A DNA stretch of 63,118 bases, the filler included. It is 6 parts of 6 records of this genome, joined end to end, with 100 filler letters (N's around TTAATTAATTAA, not from the genome) between each part and the next. Parts side by side here need not be neighbours in the genome. Positions count along the whole stretch, not along the records: positions 55,112 to 63,118 come from SRR31156797_11581; 5 more parts are not named here. The stretch is one strand, 5' to 3'. Positions 55,113 through 63,118 of the stretch are shown one piece after another; the first letter of the stretch is position 1; each line of letters begins with the position of its first letter. A model generated the notes under the pieces. That model did not search any database. It was not told the origin of the DNA and saw nothing but the letters and a program-made list of their open reading frames with translations. Both the position numbers and the translations under genes were made by a program.

Positions 55113-55613
55113 CTCAACAAGTCCGAGCTGTCGGCGATCTTTCATTTTTTCGAATACGGTGATCCCCTGCCGGAAACTCTGGCTTCGGCATTTCATCTTC
55201 AGTATGCCAAGGGGCTGCTGAATGCGATGGAATCCCGGCCGTTTATCGCGCAGACAGCGGGAGAGGGGACGGGCATCAGCTTTAGCATCCTCTTCGCTTA
55301 CAGAGAGAGTGATGAGTCTAAGATCGGCAAATTCGTCAGCCCGTGGAAAGGCGGGACGAATGAGGCGGACCGGGCGGTGAGCGCTTTGCCGCCGAATCCG
55401 GACGATCTGCTGGCGCTCCTTGAGAAGATCGAAGCGTATCTCAAGGAGAATGATACGGCGGTGATGGAGTATGTCGATGCGCTTTCTGAAAAAATGCGGG
55501 GAACGGCGTTTGCCCAGGACGCCCAGGGGCTTATCGAATTGATACAGGAATACGACTTCGAAGGGGCCGCAGAGCTGATCAGCGGCCTGTACGGGAAAAT
55601 CGGCAAGCTGTAG
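55113..55613 (+). CDS. C-terminal fragment of a signalling protein (degenerate HATPase end plus helical tail)
   Basis: Frame is open from the contig edge; AGEGTGISFSILF and a terminal LIQEYDFEGA helix similar to the tail of the downstream kinase. Confidence 0.5.
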   Translation, partial: LNKSELSAIFHFFEYGDPLPETLASAFHLQYAKGLLNAMESRPFIAQTAGEGTGISFSILFAYRESDESKIGKFVSPWKGGTNEADRAVSALPPNPDDLLALLEKIEAYLKENDTAVMEYVDALSEKMRGTAFAQDAQGLIELIQEYDFEGAAELISGLYGKIGKL

Positions 55614-55619
55614 AGGCCG

Positions 55620-55664
55620 CCGCGATCCCCCCCCCGCCGGCGGGGGGGACGCGGCCTGCCTTTT
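55620..55664 (+). terminator. GC-rich hairpin, possible terminator
   Basis: CCGCG..poly-C-gccggc-poly-G..CGCGG followed shortly by TTTT. Confidence 0.55.
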
Positions 55665-55717
55665 CATTGGATGTTCCGCCGGCTTCCGCAAAGGGCCCTG
55701 TGAGGAAGGGAGAGGTT

Positions 55718-59773
<4,056 letters not shown>

Positions 59774-59906
59774 AGGGGGAGGCCGGCCGCATTGAACAGA
59801 AGTGAAGCTTTAAAAGGAAAAAGCCCCATTTTGCGCTCCTTGCGGGAGGCGCTCCTGAGGGTAAGGGAGTGGAAAAAACACGTCTTGCAAGTAATAAAAT
59901 ATAAGA

Positions 59907-59926
59907 CTGTATGAAAAAATATACAG
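59907..59926. promoter_or_regulatory. Palindrome, candidate upstream activator sequence for a sigma-54 enhancer-binding protein
   Basis: CTGTAT-N8-ATACAG (TGT-N12-ACA) about 100 bp upstream of the -24 element. Confidence 0.45.
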
Positions 59927-60025
59927 AAAAAGTCTTTTTCAATCTTAGGATTTATTCTTTGAATCCATTGTAACTCTATTCTGCACAGTTATATATGTAT
60001 CTTTTAGGATGTGTTGTCTTCCTGT

Positions 60026-60041
60026 TGGCACGAAAATTGCA
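60026..60041 (+). promoter_or_regulatory. Sigma-54 (RpoN) -24/-12 promoter
   Basis: TGGCACGAAAATTGCA matches TGGCAC-N5-TTGCA with GG-N10-GC spacing; 30 nt upstream of ATG 60071. Confidence 0.85.
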
Positions 60042-60070
60042 AACATATTTCCAACAGGGGGTGTAATGCC

Positions 60071-60910
60071 ATGAAGTACAAGACAGATACATCTTATGAT
60101 TCCAGTTTGAAGTTTTACCTGGAAGAAATCTCCCGTTATCAGCTCCTGAGCTTTGAAGAGGAAATACAGCTGGCGGAAAAGATCGAGGACGGAGACGAAG
60201 CGGCCCGCAGAAGGATGATCAACTCAAATCTGCGTCTGGTCGTCAAGATGGCCCGATCCTATCAGATCGCAGGCGTCAGCCTGATGGACCTTATACAGGA
60301 GGGCAACCTCGGATTGATCAAGGCCGCCGAACGCTACGACTATAGAAAGAATGTGCGCTTCTGCACCTATGCCGCCTGGTGGATCAAGCAGGCCATAACC
60401 CGTTTTCTGACCGACCGCAGCCGCTCTATACGCCTGCCCTACAGGAAAGAGGAGTCTCTCCGGCATATCCAGGACTTTGTTCATAACTTCTCCATAAAGA
60501 ACAAGCGTTCTCCCTCCCTGCAGGAAATTTCAGAGGGAACCAAGGTGAAATACAACGATGTGGTATCCATAATGGAGTTTTCCGGCAATCCCGTGTCCCT
60601 GTATACCGAGACCACAGTGGATAACGGTACCCTGCTGGATATCCTGGAGGACGACAGCTATAATCCCGACGGAGAGCTGTTCAAGAAGTGCGCCGCCCAG
60701 GAAACCCGCGATTCCCTTTATAAACTGAAAGAGAAGGAACGCCACATCATACGCTGTCGCTACAACTTTCTGGACGGTAAGAAGCATACACTGAAGACCA
60801 TAGGCGAGGAGATGGGCATCTCTCCGGAGACCGTACGGCAGATCGAGATCAGGGCCCTGAAGAAGCTCAAGGAGCAGGCCTCGGATCTGAGAGAGTATAT
60901 GACCATCTGA
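60071..60910 (+). CDS. RpoD/RpoS-like alternative sigma-70 factor lacking region 1.1
   Basis: Region 1.2 SLKFYLEEI...LLSFEEE; region 2 NLRLVVKMA, DLIQEGNLGLIKA, TYAAWWIKQAI; region 4 TLKTIG...ISPETVRQIEIRALKKL; 279 aa. Confidence 0.9.
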   Translation: MKYKTDTSYDSSLKFYLEEISRYQLLSFEEEIQLAEKIEDGDEAARRRMINSNLRLVVKMARSYQIAGVSLMDLIQEGNLGLIKAAERYDYRKNVRFCTYAAWWIKQAITRFLTDRSRSIRLPYRKEESLRHIQDFVHNFSIKNKRSPSLQEISEGTKVKYNDVVSIMEFSGNPVSLYTETTVDNGTLLDILEDDSYNPDGELFKKCAAQETRDSLYKLKEKERHIIRCRYNFLDGKKHTLKTIGEEMGISPETVRQIEIRALKKLKEQASDLREYMTI

Positions 60911-61019
60911 TTCAGGCTCACCTGCTGGTGGGGACAAGGACTGTATAGAGCTCTGGAGAGCCTCTCCCACGGGGCTTCTCTGCCTTGACCAACGGGGCAA
61001 AAGCCCCTAGATTCTTTTT

Positions 61020-62033
61020 ATGTATGTATTGGGAATAGAATCTTCGTGCGATGAGTGCGCCGCTTCCGTTGTCAAAGACGGACGGAGGGTGCTCAGCAAT
61101 ATCATAGCCACGCAAATCGATCTGCACAGACCCTGGCAGGGTGTCGTGCCGGAGATCGCTTCACGGCTCCATACCCGCTGGATCTGGTCTGTGGTGGATC
61201 AGTCTCTGAAAGAGGCGGGGCTGGAGAAAAAGGATCTGGACGGCATCGCCGTGACCAGCAGGCCCGGTCTTGTGGGATCTCTTCTGGTAGGGCTTTCCTT
61301 TGCCAAGGGACTCTCCTGGTCTCTCGGCATTCCCTATGCGGGGGTAGATCATATCAGAGCCCATCTCTACGCTCCCCATCTGGAGTCAGACATACCCTAT
61401 CCCTATCTGGGGCTTCTCGTTTCCGGAGGGCACACGGTGATCGCCGTGGTCCGCGGTTTCGATGATATCGAGGTACTGGGAACGACCATCGACGACGCCT
61501 GCGGTGAGGCCTTCGACAAGATAGCCAAGCACTACGAGCTGGGCTATCCCGGAGGGGTGGCGGTGGACCGGCTGGCCAGGGAGGGAGATCCCAAGGCCTT
61601 TCGCTTTCCCTCTCCCAACCTCCACAAGGGCGACCATACCTACGACGTCTCCTATTCGGGGCTGAAGACGGCGGTAATCAATCAGCTGGAACAGTTTCAT
61701 AATACCGGATACGAGATCACCAAGGCCAACATCGCCGCCGCTTTTCAGAAGAAGGCGGTGGATATTCTGGTAAAGAGGGTGAAGAAGGCCCTTAAGGCAA
61801 CGGGCATGGAGCGGGTGGTCGCCGGAGGGGGCGTTACGGCCAACTCCTATATGAGGGAGTGTCTGGACGGACTGCGCGGCGTCCAAACCTATTATCCCTC
61901 CCTGGAGCTCTGTACGGACAACGCCGCCATGATCGCGGGCATAGGTTATCACTATCTGCAGAGGGGCGAGGTCTCGGATTTCTCTGAGAACGCCAGAGCA
62001 AGGGTTCCCTCGTTTAAACGCGGATATCCATAG
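61020..62033 (+). CDS. tsaD: tRNA threonylcarbamoyltransferase TsaD
   Basis: LGIESSCDE, GVVPEIASRLH, HIRAH, SGGHT, DDACGEAFDK, CTDNAAMI. Confidence 0.97.
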   Translation: MYVLGIESSCDECAASVVKDGRRVLSNIIATQIDLHRPWQGVVPEIASRLHTRWIWSVVDQSLKEAGLEKKDLDGIAVTSRPGLVGSLLVGLSFAKGLSWSLGIPYAGVDHIRAHLYAPHLESDIPYPYLGLLVSGGHTVIAVVRGFDDIEVLGTTIDDACGEAFDKIAKHYELGYPGGVAVDRLAREGDPKAFRFPSPNLHKGDHTYDVSYSGLKTAVINQLEQFHNTGYEITKANIAAAFQKKAVDILVKRVKKALKATGMERVVAGGGVTANSYMRECLDGLRGVQTYYPSLELCTDNAAMIAGIGYHYLQRGEVSDFSENARARVPSFKRGYP

Positions 62034-62143
62034 GTAGAGAACCGCATGTGCAGGATCTTCGCCTTGATGTAAATATGTAAAACAGGTTATTTTTAAATGT
62101 CCCGGTCAAATCCGGGTATTTTTTATGTGAGAGGGGGACATTT

Positions 62144-62692
62144 ATGTCCGAGGAATTCAATCTGGATGATTCTATAAGGAAGATCAAGGATTTTCCCCAC
62201 AAGGGCATCCTGTATTTTGATATTACAAGCATCCTGACCAATCCCGAGGCTTTCAGCTGGTGTATCGATCAGATGGTGGAGTACTACAAGGATAAGGACA
62301 TCCATGCCGTGGCGGCTGTGGAGTCCAGGGGGTTCATCTTTTCCGCTCCCTTCGCCAAGGCCATGGGAATACCCCTTATCCTGGTGCGCAAGGCCGGTAA
62401 GCTTCCCGGGGTCACCCTGAAGAAGTCCTATCAGCTCGAGTACGGCAAGGCCGAGGTGGAGATCCATCAGAGCGATGTCCCCCAGGGCAAGAACGTCCTG
62501 CTGGTGGACGACCTTCTGGCGACGGGCGGAACGATGGGAGCCGCCGTGGAGCTACTGACCATGGGCGGAGCCAAGGTGAATAATATCTTCGGCGTTATCG
62601 GCCTTCCCTTTTTGAAGTACGCCGATAAACTTCCCGGAATCGATATCAAGACCCTGATTGAGTACCACAGCGAGAAGGTGGAAGACCAGTAA
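62144..62692 (+). CDS. apt: Adenine phosphoribosyltransferase
   Basis: DFPHKGILYFDIT, ESRGFIF, RKAGKLPG, LEYG, VDDLLATGGT. Confidence 0.96.
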   Translation: MSEEFNLDDSIRKIKDFPHKGILYFDITSILTNPEAFSWCIDQMVEYYKDKDIHAVAAVESRGFIFSAPFAKAMGIPLILVRKAGKLPGVTLKKSYQLEYGKAEVEIHQSDVPQGKNVLLVDDLLATGGTMGAAVELLTMGGAKVNNIFGVIGLPFLKYADKLPGIDIKTLIEYHSEKVEDQ

Positions 62693-62917
62693 TAACGGAT
62701 TCTTTGCTTCATTCTCTGCGTTGTCGAAATGCTTATTTACATTCGTAAACTCCGCTTTCTTCGCCTTGACAATGAAGCAAATCATTCCGTTATGGAAGGC
62801 TCATTCTTTCCAGGAGCCAAGTCTCCGTAAGCTCCGCTTTCGTCGCCTTGGTCATGAAGGAAATGACCTCGTTTTTGAGAGAGCTTTTAAGAGTAAAAAA
62901 TAATTTGCGGGGATCGC

Positions 62918-62946
62918 TTGACATAAAAAGTCAATTTTTATATTAT
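62918..62946 (+). promoter_or_regulatory. Sigma-70 promoter for the tRNA
   Basis: TTGACA-N17-TATTAT followed by a GC-rich discriminator GCCCGC. Confidence 0.8.
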
Positions 62947-63020
62947 GCCCGCAGATCGAAACAATGAACTTGTCGGACCGGTTTAAGTGACAGGGTTTCA
63001 ACGAAATTGTTTCACCATAT

Positions 63021-63092
63021 TTCCCGATAGTGTAATTGGTAACACTGCAGATTCTGGTTCTGCCTTTGGGGGTTCGAGTCCTCCTCGGGAAG
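63021..63092 (+). tRNA. tRNA-Gln (anticodon CTG)
   Basis: Acceptor TTCCCGA/TCGGGAA, D-arm GTGT/ACAC, anticodon arm GCAGA-TTCTGGT-TCTGC, T-arm GGGGG-TTCGAGT-CCTCC; CCA not encoded. Confidence 0.95.
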
Positions 63093-63118
63093 TCATTTTG
63101 ATTAAGTCCTTCGATATT

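Noticed and set aside
59907-59926. CTGTAT...ATACAG as a LexA (SOS) box
   Set aside because: Spacing is CTG-N14-CAG, not the CTG-N10-CAG of proteobacterial LexA boxes
62658-62903. 81-aa ORF between apt and the tRNA promoter
   Set aside because: Overlaps apt, has no motif or clear ribosome-binding site; cannot be supported

Overview
This window is not one locus. It is six unrelated contigs joined by 100-nt artificial spacers (N44-TTAATTAATTAA-N44) at 5725-5824, 16887-16986, 24807-24906, 45890-45989 and 55012-55111. Taxonomic labels below are inferences from gene content and composition. (1) 1-5724: Desulfovibrionaceae-like choline-utilisation microcompartment operon (cutC, cutD, two BMC shell genes, aldehyde dehydrogenase, PduL). 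(2) 5825-16886: AT-rich, Bacteroidota-like defence region with an AlkD-like/AraC pair, an unannotated 46-aa zinc-ribbon gene, a type I R-M system, and a RelE/HigB-like + XRE-HTH + SecB-like operon that looks like a toxin-antitoxin-chaperone (TAC) system, with a hidden 40-codon ORF overlapping both the toxin and antitoxin genes. (3) 16987-24806: GC-rich deltaproteobacterial acyl-CoA catabolic cluster. (4) 24907-45889: Vibrio core chromosome (hubP, glnS, nagE, nagAC, asnB, rfaH, hemH, adk, htpG, toxRS). (5) 45990-55011: MCP, hybrid kinase, metallophosphoesterase and three orphan proteins. (6) 55112-63118: spirochaete-like contig with a beta-propeller hybrid kinase, an RpoS-like sigma factor behind a consensus sigma-54 promoter, tsaD, apt and tRNA-Gln. 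The strongest candidates for new biology are the R-M-linked TAC-like operon and the apparent RpoN-to-RpoS cascade. All protein calls come from motif recognition only; no database searches were run.
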